From: Abditibacterium sp.
GTDB taxonomy: Bacteria > Armatimonadota > Abditibacteriia > Abditibacteriales > Abditibacteriaceae
Reading direction: 5' to 3'
Assembly: GCA_965246885.1 (NCBI GenBank)
Contig: OZ251992.1
Coordinates: 2,112,001 to 2,176,000 of the forward strand
Length of the DNA stretch: 64,000 nucleotides
The position numbers were made by a program, and so were the translations under genes. Numbering within the stretch: position 1 is the stretch's first letter; each line of letters starts with the position of its first letter. The notes under the pieces were generated by a model. It made no database searches and had not been told where the DNA came from. It was given only the letters and a program-made list of their open reading frames with translations. Shown here piece after piece: positions 9,768-18,976 of the stretch.

Positions 9768-10574
9768 ATGAACGCAGGACAGCAGCGCCGCGTGGCGCTT
9801 TTGGGGCGGGTGAACCAGTTCTCACTCAGCCACCCAAGCGGTTTTCCCGACGGGAGTCAGGCCAAGACCTACATTGACGAAGTGAACAATTGCCTTTATG
9901 TCGCGGGCAAGTTTGGCACGCAGCAAACATCGGGCAGCCATCAAGCCAAAGCCGCGACCGCGCAAAAGAAGATGGGGGCAAAGCAACTGCGCGCGAACCT
10001 CGCGCAACTGGTGCAAACGGCGCAGCAAGCCTTCAAAGGACAGCCGCAAATCGAAAAGCGGTTTCGGATGCCGCAAGGCGGAACGCACAAGCTGTTTAAC
10101 GCCGCCAACGCCCTCGTCGCGTTATGCACCCAATACCGACCGCAACTCTCGGCCTACAACCTGCCGCCCGACATGGAAGCGCGCATCAACAACAGCCTGA
10201 ACGTGATGCAAACCGCGATGAACACGCAAAGCGCGGGCGGCCAAACTCGTTCGGGCGGCACCAAGACGCTCGAAATGTGTCTACGAAAGGGCTTGTCCAG
10301 TGTGCGCTCGCTCGACCCGATCATCAAGAACGCTTTCGCGGGCCAAACCGACATCTTGGCGCAGTGGGCCACCGCCTCGCGCCTCCAAGCCGCGCCCAAA
10401 CGCCAGCCCAAGCCCATCCCGCCCGTGCCCGTGTTTACGATGCTCCCCACCGCGCCGCAACCCGAACCCGCGCGCGTCGAGACGCCCAAACCCGCGCCAT
10501 CTCTGGTTGACCACACCCCGCTCATCCTCGGCGCCAACGGTGTGGCGCTGAATGGCGTGAATGGGCATCGGTAA
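9768..10574 (+). CDS. Hypothetical alpha-helical protein with Pro-rich tail
   Basis: AAGGAG RBS before ATG 9768; normal codon bias; no recognisable catalytic motif. Confidence 0.8.
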   Translation: MNAGQQRRVALLGRVNQFSLSHPSGFPDGSQAKTYIDEVNNCLYVAGKFGTQQTSGSHQAKAATAQKKMGAKQLRANLAQLVQTAQQAFKGQPQIEKRFRMPQGGTHKLFNAANALVALCTQYRPQLSAYNLPPDMEARINNSLNVMQTAMNTQSAGGQTRSGGTKTLEMCLRKGLSSVRSLDPIIKNAFAGQTDILAQWATASRLQAAPKRQPKPIPPVPVFTMLPTAPQPEPARVETPKPAPSLVDHTPLILGANGVALNGVNGHR

Positions 10575-10584
10575 GAAGCATCGT

Positions 10585-10698
10585 GTCCGGCAGGACACTT
10601 GGCGAAGCCGGATGCCGGGGATTTTATATCCCCGAATACAATCTCCAATACAGATTCATCGGGGATATGAAATCCCCGGCATCCGGGCGCAAGCGCCC
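10585..10698. repeat. Nested palindromic REP-like element, copy 2
   Basis: Matches 4341-4443 except for the central spacer and covarying hairpin bases; lies between convergent genes. Confidence 0.8.
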
Positions 10699-10743
10699 AA
10701 GCGTTCTCCGAACGCGCTACCGAAAGTCCGCACTCCGAGCGGT

Positions 10744-11430
10744 TTACTCCCGCCAGCCCGCGTAAACCGCGAACAATCCTCGCTTATACACGCACTCGAC
10801 TTCTCCAAATCCGGCGTCCCGCAGCGCGGCGAGTTGCGTTTCGAGCGGGGCGTGTCGGTCTATTTGGCGGCGCTCGATGGCGGTTTGGAGTTCCTCTTCG
10901 CTCGACCCCATGCGGCGGGCGTTAGCGCGCCACTGCGCCTCGAACTGCTCGGCGATGCGCGGCGAAGTGCCGAGGGTCTGGTCGGCGTTGACGAAAACGC
11001 CGCCCGCGCGGAGGGCGCCGTGAATGCGCCCGAAAAGCGGGGCTAATTCCGCCCATTCGAGATGGTGAATCGCCAAGCACGAAACGACCGCGTCGAAGGT
11101 GTCGGGGATGGCGTCGCGCGCGAAATCGTGCGTCAGATATTCAAAGCGCCCGTCGTCGCCGAAGCGTTCGCGGGCGACTTCCAACATTTGCGGCGCGCCA
11201 TCGGCAAGGGTGAAGCGAGCGTTCGGGAAACGTGCGGCCAATTGCGAAGAAAGCAACCCCGTCCCGGCGCCCAAATCGAGGACGCGAAAGTGGGCGTCGG
11301 GCGGGTAATCGAACGCCAATACGTCGCCGACCGCGCCATAAAACCCATCGAAATCGGGCACCAAGCGGCGGCGCGGGGCATCGTAGTCGCGGGCATAAGC
11401 ATCGAACAACTGCGGAGCGGAAGTATTCAT
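10744..11430 (-). CDS. Class I SAM-dependent methyltransferase
   Basis: VLDLGAGTG motif I, FDAVVSCLAIHHL, LRAGGVFVNAD. Start set at ATG 11430. Confidence 0.9.
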   Translation of the reverse strand: MNTSAPQLFDAYARDYDAPRRRLVPDFDGFYGAVGDVLAFDYPPDAHFRVLDLGAGTGLLSSQLAARFPNARFTLADGAPQMLEVARERFGDDGRFEYLTHDFARDAIPDTFDAVVSCLAIHHLEWAELAPLFGRIHGALRAGGVFVNADQTLGTSPRIAEQFEAQWRANARRMGSSEEELQTAIERRQIDRHAPLETQLAALRDAGFGEVECVYKRGLFAVYAGWRE

Positions 11431-11459
11431 CGCCCGAAAGTCTGATGCGGGCGGACGAG

Positions 11460-11606
11460 AGAGGTATTTCTTCGGGCGAGCGACGGAAATCAGCGAGGGA
11501 AACACCGGAACTACCGGCAGAAATCGGTAAATCTTCCGGTGGTTTACCTATTTCTTCGGCTGATTTACGGATATCACCCGGTGACAGAGGTAATTCTACC
11601 GCCGCT
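11460..11606. repeat. 21-bp-period degenerate tandem array B (7 units)
   Basis: agaggtatttcttcgggcgag / atcggtaaatcttccggtggt / ttacctatttcttcggctgat / agaggtaattctaccgccgct in 21-bp register; between divergent genes. Confidence 0.75.
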
Positions 11607-11715
11607 TCACCCCGGCCAAACGCTGCGCGCCGCCCGCTTTTCGTTGGATGGGCGCTGTCAAAATTCCCACTTTTCTGCTGTGTGTTGCGGGCACTTTGTC
11701 GCCCGAATCCACACC

Positions 11716-12315
11716 ATGTTACCCGTCATTGACCTCGATTTCGCCGCCTTGTGCGGCATGGACGGCGCCGACTTCTTCGGCGCCGACCGCGCGCGAATTG
11801 TCGCGCACACGCACGTTTTCGATGCCGACCAACTGCCGCCCGTTGGCACCGTTGATTATCATTTGCGGCGCCAACTCGCGCGCGGCTTTGCGCGGCGCCC
11901 GCTCAAATCGCCGATTCTGATTTGCTACGCCGCGACGACAAGTGCCGTGCTACTCCATGTCTGTGGGCGCCGTGCCGCCCGCTTGAGTTGGCTGGCCACT
12001 TCCCCCGGCTGGCTGGAAAGTGGCGCCTCGCGCGTCACGCCCGGAGCGGCGCCGTATGCGTGGTGGAACGGGGCGACGTTAACGCGCCTGCACCCGTTGC
12101 CCAATGGCGAGTCGCGCCGCGCGCCGCGCGTCGAAGATTTCGGCAACCCCTTCGGCCTCGTGTCCGAACGGGTGACGCGCGCCGAGTGGAACCGCCTGCG
12201 CGCAGACATCTGGCAAACCGATTATTCGCCCGTCCCGATGGAAGAAACCGAAACCTTTTCTGACGGCCTGTCGCTCAAACACGCTTATTTTCGAGTGGCG
12301 GGGGAGGCGTGGTAA
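11716..12315 (+). CDS. Hypothetical protein
   Basis: ORF with genome-like codon usage from ATG 11716; no recognised motif. Confidence 0.6.
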   Translation: MLPVIDLDFAALCGMDGADFFGADRARIVAHTHVFDADQLPPVGTVDYHLRRQLARGFARRPLKSPILICYAATTSAVLLHVCGRRAARLSWLATSPGWLESGASRVTPGAAPYAWWNGATLTRLHPLPNGESRRAPRVEDFGNPFGLVSERVTRAEWNRLRADIWQTDYSPVPMEETETFSDGLSLKHAYFRVAGEAW

Positions 12316-12336
12316 ATTATCGGAAGGAGCTATGAA

Positions 12337-13140
12337 ATGAAAACTTATTTACTGACTTGGATTCCCAAGTATCACGCTTGGCAGGAGCTTCCTCAGATGG
12401 CCGAAGGTGTCAAAAACGAAGAAGACATTCGCAAGCGGTGGAGTTGTCAGAACGAAGATGCTGCGATTGGAGACCGCGTGTTCTTGCTCAAGCAGGGGGA
12501 TGGAACGCGAGGCGTGTTTGCCAGTGGAACTGTGAGGGAGATCGTTGGTCTCGCTCCGCATTTCGACCCTGAGAAAGCTTGTCAAGGAAAGATGAAACAC
12601 TATGTCATCGTCCAGTTCGATGCGCTCCTGCAACCAGAGGTCGAACCTATCCTGCCATACCTCGTTGTTCAGAGACTTTTTGCTAAAGAAGCAACTGCAT
12701 TTCTTCGGCGCCAGTCTGGAACGGAGATTAAGAGCAAACTCGCCGCTCAGTTGGATTCTGTTTGGAAGTCGCATCTTCAATGTGTCGAGTTGGATTTTGA
12801 GTTGGCTGCCTTTGAGGGTGCTCAGCGCCACCTCTTCGTCATCCACCGACAGCGAGAGCGTGCGCTGCGAGAGTTGAAGATCGCGCAAGTCAAACAGGCC
12901 GAAGGTGGACGTCTGCCTTGCGCGGTTCGCAACTGTAACTTCGATTTTCAATCTGCCTACGGACGCTTAGGCAAAGACTACGCGCAAGTTCATCACCTCA
13001 AGCCATTATCCAAACTGAAAGGCCCTCAGCAGATGACGTTGGATGACTTGATCGTGGTTTGCGCGAATTGCCACGCGATGATCCATCGCAATGGCGAGTG
13101 TCGAAACCCCAAAAGCCTTATCAAGCGCCGCGCGAAGTGA
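12337..13140 (+). CDS. HNH endonuclease with N-terminal EVE/PUA-like domain (McrA-like, putative modification-dependent restriction)
   Basis: N-terminus YLLTW...RWSC...IGDRVFLLKQG..RGVFASG; C-terminus EG..H..RER, C..C.FDF...YG, QVHHLKPLS, VCANCHAMIH. Lower GC. Confidence 0.85.
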   Translation: MKTYLLTWIPKYHAWQELPQMAEGVKNEEDIRKRWSCQNEDAAIGDRVFLLKQGDGTRGVFASGTVREIVGLAPHFDPEKACQGKMKHYVIVQFDALLQPEVEPILPYLVVQRLFAKEATAFLRRQSGTEIKSKLAAQLDSVWKSHLQCVELDFELAAFEGAQRHLFVIHRQRERALRELKIAQVKQAEGGRLPCAVRNCNFDFQSAYGRLGKDYAQVHHLKPLSKLKGPQQMTLDDLIVVCANCHAMIHRNGECRNPKSLIKRRAK

Positions 13141-13202
13141 TGCCGCTTTTCACCTGTGGCGCGGGAGGCGGCTGAAACGGGCTTTATACTGCTCCCCGAT
13201 CC

Positions 13203-14123
13203 ATGCCCTCCGCGACGACTGATTTTCATTTAACCCACTTGCGCGAACTCGAATCGGAAGCGATTTTTGTGTTGCGCGAAACGGCGGCGCAGTTCGAGAA
13301 TCCGGGGCTGCTTTTTTCGGGCGGCAAAGATTCCATCGTGATGGCGCACCTCGCACGCAAGGCGTTTTTCCCGGCGCTGTTGCCGTTTCCACTTGTTCAT
13401 GTGGACACGGGCCACAACTTTCCCGAAACCCTCGAATACCGCGACCGCTTTGTCCACGACTACGGCGCGCGGTTGGTTGTGGGCTACGTTCAAGATTCCA
13501 TTGACCGGGGCACCGCCGTCGAGGAAACAGGGCCGACGGCTTCGCGCAACTCGATTCAAACGGTGACGCTGCTCGAAACCATCGAGGAAAACGGCTTTGA
13601 CGCGATGCTGGGCGGCGGGCGGCGCGACGAGGAAAAGGCGCGCGCCAAGGAGCGGTTCTTCTCGCACCGCGACGCTTTCGGGCAGTGGGAGCCGAAGAAT
13701 CAGCGCCCCGAACTGTGGAACATTTTCAACGGGCGCAAAGCGTTCGGCGAACATTTCCGCGTTTTTCCGCTTTCCAACTGGACGGAAATGGACGTGTGGC
13801 AATACATCCGGCAAGAGCAGATTCCGCTACCGAGCCTGTATTTCTCGCATCGCCGCCAAGTGTTTCTGCGGGGCCGCGCGTGGCTCGATGTCGAAACTGG
13901 CTTCATCGCCCCGCAACCGGGCGAACACGTCGAAGAAAAAGTCATCCGCTTCCGCACCATCGGCGACGTGACTTGCACCGGAGCCGTCGAAAGCCGCGCC
14001 GATAACTTGGACGACATCATCGCCGAAGTCGCCGCCGCGAGACAAACCGAACGCGGCACGCGCGCCGACGACCAACGTAGCGAAACGGCGATGGAAGACC
14101 GGAAGCGGGAGGGATATTTTTAG
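13203..14123 (+). CDS. cysD: Sulfate adenylyltransferase subunit 2
   Basis: LFSGGKDS PP-loop, GGGRRDEEKARAKER, NQRPELW, MEDRKREGYF. Confidence 0.97.
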   Translation: MPSATTDFHLTHLRELESEAIFVLRETAAQFENPGLLFSGGKDSIVMAHLARKAFFPALLPFPLVHVDTGHNFPETLEYRDRFVHDYGARLVVGYVQDSIDRGTAVEETGPTASRNSIQTVTLLETIEENGFDAMLGGGRRDEEKARAKERFFSHRDAFGQWEPKNQRPELWNIFNGRKAFGEHFRVFPLSNWTEMDVWQYIRQEQIPLPSLYFSHRRQVFLRGRAWLDVETGFIAPQPGEHVEEKVIRFRTIGDVTCTGAVESRADNLDDIIAEVAAARQTERGTRADDQRSETAMEDRKREGYF

Positions 14124-14196
14124 CCACAGATGAACACGGATGTACACGGATAAAATCCAAAAACATCCGTGTCCATCTGCGTTCATCTGTGGCTAA
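14120..14196. repeat. Palindromic intergenic element built from 10-bp units
   Basis: ttagccacagatgaacacggatgtacacggat...atccgtgtccatctgcgttcatctgtggctaa, a long near-perfect hairpin between cysD and cysN. Confidence 0.85.
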
Positions 14197-14205
14197 TTGA
14201 ACACT

Positions 14206-15450
14206 ATGGACTTACTACGTTTTTCTACCTGTGGTTCTGTTGACGACGGCAAATCAACCCTTATTGGCCGCTTACTCTATGATTCTAAATCCATCTTCGA
14301 AGATCAACTCGAAGCGATGGAAACTTCCTCGCGCAAACGCGGCGATGAACATGTCAACCTCGCGTTGCTTACGGATGGACTCAAAGCCGAGCGCGAACAG
14401 GGCATCACTATTGATGTCGCTTACCGCTACTTTGCAACGCCTAAGCGAAAGTTCATTATCGCCGACACGCCCGGTCATGTGCAATACACGCGCAACATGG
14501 TGACGGGCGCTTCGACTTCGCAGTTGGCGATTGTTTTGATAGACGCGCGTAAAGGCGTCATCGAACAAACGCGGCGCCACTCGTTCTTGGTGAATCTGCT
14601 TCGCATCAACCATATCGTGTTGGCGATTAACAAGATGGACTTGGTGGATTTCGATGAAGCGACTTTCCATCGTATCGAAGCCGAATACCGCGCGTTCGCG
14701 TCGGGGTTGGAGAACCCGATGGAGATAACTGCCATTCCCCTCGCGGCTTTGCACGGCGATAATATCGTGGACGCGAGCGACAACATGGATTGGTATTCCG
14801 GCCCGACTTTGTTGCAACACTTGGAGGCCGTCGAAGTTAGCGAGACCGAGAACCGGGCCGACGCGCGCTTTCCGGTTCAGTGGGTCATTCGCCCGCAGTC
14901 CGACGCTTATCCCGACTATCGCGCCTTCGCGGGCCGCGTTGCGGGCGGGGTGTTCAGGCCGGGACAACGGGTGACCGCCTTGCCGAGCGGGTTTGAAAGT
15001 CGCATCAAGGCCATTCACACCATCGAAGGCGACTTGGACGAGGCGTTCGCGCCCTTGTCAGTCTCGATTTCGCTTGAAGACGAGATAGACATTTCGCGCG
15101 GCGACATGATCGTGGCGTCGGACGATGTGCCGGAACACCGCCAAGACCTGACCGCCACCATCTGTTGGTTCTCGGAAAAGAAGCTCATCCCGCGCGGCAA
15201 ATACTATCTGCGCCATACCACGCGGGAAGTGCAAGCCATCGTATCCGCCCTCAACTTTAAAGTGGACATCAACACCTTGGAGCGCGACGAGGACACCGCC
15301 AACTTCGGCCTCAACGACATCGGCGGCATCCGTATCCGCACCAGTGCCCCGCTCTTCTACGACGCCTACAAGGTCAACCGCAACACCGGCAGCTTCATCC
15401 TCATAGACGCCGGAACCAACGAAACCGTCGCGGCGGGGATGATTGACTGA
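14206..15450 (+). CDS. cysN: Sulfate adenylyltransferase subunit 1 (GTPase), no APS-kinase fusion
   Basis: GSVDDGKSTLIGRLL, EREQGITIDVAYRYF, DTPGH, NKMD. Confidence 0.97.
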   Translation: MDLLRFSTCGSVDDGKSTLIGRLLYDSKSIFEDQLEAMETSSRKRGDEHVNLALLTDGLKAEREQGITIDVAYRYFATPKRKFIIADTPGHVQYTRNMVTGASTSQLAIVLIDARKGVIEQTRRHSFLVNLLRINHIVLAINKMDLVDFDEATFHRIEAEYRAFASGLENPMEITAIPLAALHGDNIVDASDNMDWYSGPTLLQHLEAVEVSETENRADARFPVQWVIRPQSDAYPDYRAFAGRVAGGVFRPGQRVTALPSGFESRIKAIHTIEGDLDEAFAPLSVSISLEDEIDISRGDMIVASDDVPEHRQDLTATICWFSEKKLIPRGKYYLRHTTREVQAIVSALNFKVDINTLERDEDTANFGLNDIGGIRIRTSAPLFYDAYKVNRNTGSFILIDAGTNETVAAGMID

Positions 15451-15474
15451 TTCCGGGTAAAATAGCCAAGTGAA

Positions 15475-16131
15475 ATGTCTCCCGAACCCTTGAAGGTGCA
15501 CCGCCGTCCGCGCCGCCTTTTACCCGTCTTCCTGTTGACGACCATCTTGCTGGGCGGCGGTCTCGGTTATAGACATTGGGTTTCGACGCCGCAATACTCG
15601 TTGCTCCAAGCCAAAGACGCTTTCGAGGCGCGCGATTTGGGGCGGTTCGAGAAGTATGTTGCGCTCGATTCGTGCGCCGATTCCCTCACCGACGACCTCA
15701 TGACGCAGGCGACGCGCAAGATGCAGGGGGCGCCCCTTGCGTCCAGCCCGCTTGGTCAAATCGGACAGGGGGCCGTGCAAGGGATAATGGCGCTCCTCAA
15801 ACCCACGCTCAGCAAGGCGATGACGCACGCGGCGCGCGAGTTCGTTTCGACGGGGCAACTCGCGTCACTCCCCGGAAGCGGAGGTAAATCGCCCCTCGAT
15901 GTCGGGCAAATCAAGGACAATCTCGCGCGGCGCGGCGTGCATTTCGACGGCGTCGGCGATGTTTCCGAGAACGGCGACTTGGCGACGGTTGACCTGCGCT
16001 TTGCGGACAAGAGCGGCGCGCGGGAGTTGCCGGTGCAATTGGAAATGCGGCGCGTCGAAGGCTATTGGCAAGTCTCGAAGTGGAAGCACGCCCCAGCGTG
16101 GATGGAGAGGGAACTTCCCCATGTGCCGTAG
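15475..16131 (+). CDS. Membrane-anchored protein, DUF2939-like
   Basis: N-terminal TM segment then TPQYSL...D...FEKYV; C-terminal YWQV. Confidence 0.7.
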   Translation: MSPEPLKVHRRPRRLLPVFLLTTILLGGGLGYRHWVSTPQYSLLQAKDAFEARDLGRFEKYVALDSCADSLTDDLMTQATRKMQGAPLASSPLGQIGQGAVQGIMALLKPTLSKAMTHAAREFVSTGQLASLPGSGGKSPLDVGQIKDNLARRGVHFDGVGDVSENGDLATVDLRFADKSGARELPVQLEMRRVEGYWQVSKWKHAPAWMERELPHVP

Positions 16132-16136
16132 CGTCC

Positions 16137-17396
16137 CTACGCGAACTTGAGTCGCGTATATTCGCCGCCCAAGACGGGGGTGGGGTCGGCGTTCATCCAG
16201 TTGCTCAAAACGGTGGCATAAACTGAGCGAAAGTCGGTGGTCATTTTGAGGTCGCCGTCGTCGAGGTCTTCGAGCGAGGGGTAATCGGTTGTGACGCCGC
16301 CTTTGACGGCCCCGCCCGCGATGAACATCACGCTCGCGCTGCCGTGATCCGTGCCGCCCGACCCGTTTTCTTTGACGCGGCGTCCAAACTCGGAAAAGGT
16401 CATCGTTAGCACGTCTTTGTCGCGGCCCTGCAAGCGCAAATCTTCCTGAAAGGCGGCGAGCGCGTCGCCCAACTGCTGCATGAGTTGGCCGTGTTGGTAG
16501 GCTTGGTTGGAATGGGTGTCGAAGCCGCCCATCGAGACGTAATAGACGCGCGTCGCAAGACCGCCCGCGATGAGTTTGGCGACGGTGTGCAGACCCTCGG
16601 CGACGCCGTTGTTGTTCGGGTAGTTCGCCTTTTGGCCCGCCGCGACATCATAGGAGTGAAGGGCAGCTTTGATGGCGTCGGTTGAAGCGTAGACTTCGCG
16701 CCCGACGTTCGAGAGGAACATTCGCGCGTTGCCCGCGACCGTCGCGCCGCTTAGGTCGGAGGTGTTGTAGAGCGTCTTCAGCGTTTCCAACTGCGCCGCG
16801 CCGTCGTTGCCGTGCGGCTCGAAGCCGAAGTTGGAGCCGTTGCCAATCACGGACGCGGCGCTCTTTTCGCTCCACAACGCCAAGGGAAGCGAGCCGCCTG
16901 TCGCTATCATCGAAAGCGATCTCTGGTCGCCGACGTAGTGGCCCTGCTCATCGAAGCGCGCCAGCCAGCCGGAGCGTTCGCGCGCATCTATCTCCACGTT
17001 GGCGCTCTGCCAGATGTCCATCGAGGCAAAGTGCGAGCGGTTAGGATGCGGATAGCCGACGCCGTTGACAATCGCCAAATTGCCGCGTTCGTATAGAGAC
17101 TTGAGGCCAGTGAGTTTGGGATGCAGGAACAGGTCGCGGTCAACGGCGAGAGCGTCAGACTCTTTGAAACCAAGTCCGGGGCGGTTGGAGGCGTAGAGTT
17201 TGTCCCGGAGCGGCGAAACGGTGTTGAGGCCGTCGTTGCCGCCCGCCATTTCGATGACGACGAGGATTTTCCCGTTTTGGCGCGCGGGCTTGTCGGCGGC
17301 AAAAGCGCGCGTGGCGTCCAAGAGCGTCGTCGGCATGGCCAAACCGAGGGAAACCAGTCCCAGTCCGTTGCGGATGAATTCGCGGCGTGATTGCAT
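16137..17396 (-). CDS. DUF1501-family protein with Tat signal
   Basis: SRREFI twin-arginine motif, GGNDGLN, NRSHF, GGFDTH, SEFGRR..ENGSGGTDHG. Confidence 0.92.
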   Translation of the reverse strand: MQSRREFIRNGLGLVSLGLAMPTTLLDATRAFAADKPARQNGKILVVIEMAGGNDGLNTVSPLRDKLYASNRPGLGFKESDALAVDRDLFLHPKLTGLKSLYERGNLAIVNGVGYPHPNRSHFASMDIWQSANVEIDARERSGWLARFDEQGHYVGDQRSLSMIATGGSLPLALWSEKSAASVIGNGSNFGFEPHGNDGAAQLETLKTLYNTSDLSGATVAGNARMFLSNVGREVYASTDAIKAALHSYDVAAGQKANYPNNNGVAEGLHTVAKLIAGGLATRVYYVSMGGFDTHSNQAYQHGQLMQQLGDALAAFQEDLRLQGRDKDVLTMTFSEFGRRVKENGSGGTDHGSASVMFIAGGAVKGGVTTDYPSLEDLDDGDLKMTTDFRSVYATVLSNWMNADPTPVLGGEYTRLKFA

Positions 17397-17407
17397 GGTA
17401 TGTCTTC

Positions 17408-18922
17408 CTAACACAGCTGATACTCCGGGAGGGACACCATCAGATTGATGAGGCCCTGCACCTTGCCCGTTGGCAGTTGTTTCTCCGGCTTGTCGCCGTT
17501 CGCGTATTGCAGGAGGAGCGCGCGCGTTGCGGCGGGCATCTCCATCCCGCGAAAGAGCGCGTTCCACAGCAGGTCTATCGCCTCGTCGGGTGTCGCGGCG
17601 CCGGAGCGCCCGGTCGCGCCAGTCATTCCCCCGGTTGCGCTCATGGTCGGCGCAGCCGCGCCAGTCATTGGCGCGGTCGCGCCAGTCATGGACGGAGCCG
17701 CGCCCATTGTTGACATCGTTGCGCCAGTCATTGACGGGGCCGCGCCCATCATCGGCGCGGTCGGGGCAGCGTTTGCCGCACTCGTGGCGGGTGAGGCGAG
17801 GCCGCGCAGCGTGTCAAGAAGGGAGACGCGGCGGCTCATTTCTTCGGTCAGGCGCGAGGCGAAGTTGACGCGGGCGAGCAGGGTGCGCGAGTTGATCCAG
17901 TCCCGGCCCTCGTTCCAGCCTTTGACGTTGGGCGGGTTGAACAGGTCTTGACCCATGAGGGCAAGCGCGCCGGAGGCTTCGCGCGCGCTGGTCATCGGGG
18001 CGCCGAGGGTCTTGAGCGTCATGACGGTGAACTCCGTCGGGCTTTTGATTTTGGCGAAGCGCGCGGCGGGCGCGTGGAACGCTTCGGATGTCAGCAACAC
18101 TTGCAACACGGAGCGGATGTCGTAGTCGGACGCAAAATAAGCGTCAATCAAGCGTTTGGAGTCAGCATCGGATGGCTCGCCGCCGACGAAGAAGCGGTAG
18201 AGCTTGGTGGTGATGCGCTTGGCGGTCGAAGGGTGACGCGCGAGAATGTCCACCATGTCGTCGGCGTGCCAGTTGCCGGTTTCGCCCAAGACGGTCTTTT
18301 CGCCGTCGTCGTGCAAGCCCGGCTCATACAGGAAGCCCGAAGGCGTGTTCGCGCCGCGCCAGCCGGTGAAAGAGCGCGCGGCTTCTTTGACATCGGTTTC
18401 GGTGTAACCGCCGCCGCGTCCGAGGGTGAAAAGCTCCATCACCTCGCGCGCGAAGTTCTCGTTGGGCGCCCCAGCGTGGTTCTGCGCGCCGTCGAGCCAG
18501 ATGAGCATCGCCGGATCGCGCGCGACTTGTTGGAGCAAGGTGCGGAAACTGCCCAGTCCGAAGCGGCGAAAGGTCTCGTTCTGGTGCCACATCCGCTTGG
18601 CGTCGTAGACCTTGTAGGCTGCCGTTGCGAAGTGGTTGTGCCAGAAGAGCGTCATTTTTTCTTCGAGCGGGCGCGGCGAGTGGGTCATCCGGTAAAGCCA
18701 CCAATTGCGGATGGAGTTGAAATCCTCAAAGTCCACGAAATCGCCGCCGATCTCGCGCTGCATGCGGCCCATCGTGTCCTCGGCGCGTTCGGGGTGGAGC
18801 AGGACGTCGGTCGCCCCGGCGAGGCCCAAGCGCGAGTAAGCCTCCCACTCGGCGGGCGAGGCGCCAAACCCGGCACGGCGCAGGAGGTGGGCGATCTGTG
18901 AATCTTCGGCGGAAAGTGCCAT
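17408..18922 (-). CDS. DUF1800-family protein with a Met/Ala/Thr heptad-repeat insertion
   Basis: HLLRRAGFG, EKMTLFWHNHF, PNENFAREVMELFTLG, PPNVKGW, PEYQLC; usual partner of DUF1501. Confidence 0.92.
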   Translation of the reverse strand: MALSAEDSQIAHLLRRAGFGASPAEWEAYSRLGLAGATDVLLHPERAEDTMGRMQREIGGDFVDFEDFNSIRNWWLYRMTHSPRPLEEKMTLFWHNHFATAAYKVYDAKRMWHQNETFRRFGLGSFRTLLQQVARDPAMLIWLDGAQNHAGAPNENFAREVMELFTLGRGGGYTETDVKEAARSFTGWRGANTPSGFLYEPGLHDDGEKTVLGETGNWHADDMVDILARHPSTAKRITTKLYRFFVGGEPSDADSKRLIDAYFASDYDIRSVLQVLLTSEAFHAPAARFAKIKSPTEFTVMTLKTLGAPMTSAREASGALALMGQDLFNPPNVKGWNEGRDWINSRTLLARVNFASRLTEEMSRRVSLLDTLRGLASPATSAANAAPTAPMMGAAPSMTGATMSTMGAAPSMTGATAPMTGAAAPTMSATGGMTGATGRSGAATPDEAIDLLWNALFRGMEMPAATRALLLQYANGDKPEKQLPTGKVQGLINLMVSLPEYQLC

Positions 18923-18976
18923 AAAACCCCAACAACAAATATCTTTGCCAATAGTCTAAAGTTATAAGAGAACCTT

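Noticed and set aside
16127..16141. agcgtccctacg matching the end of the 50627 REP
   Set aside because: Only 12 bp, overlapping the stop codons of two convergent genes; could be chance.
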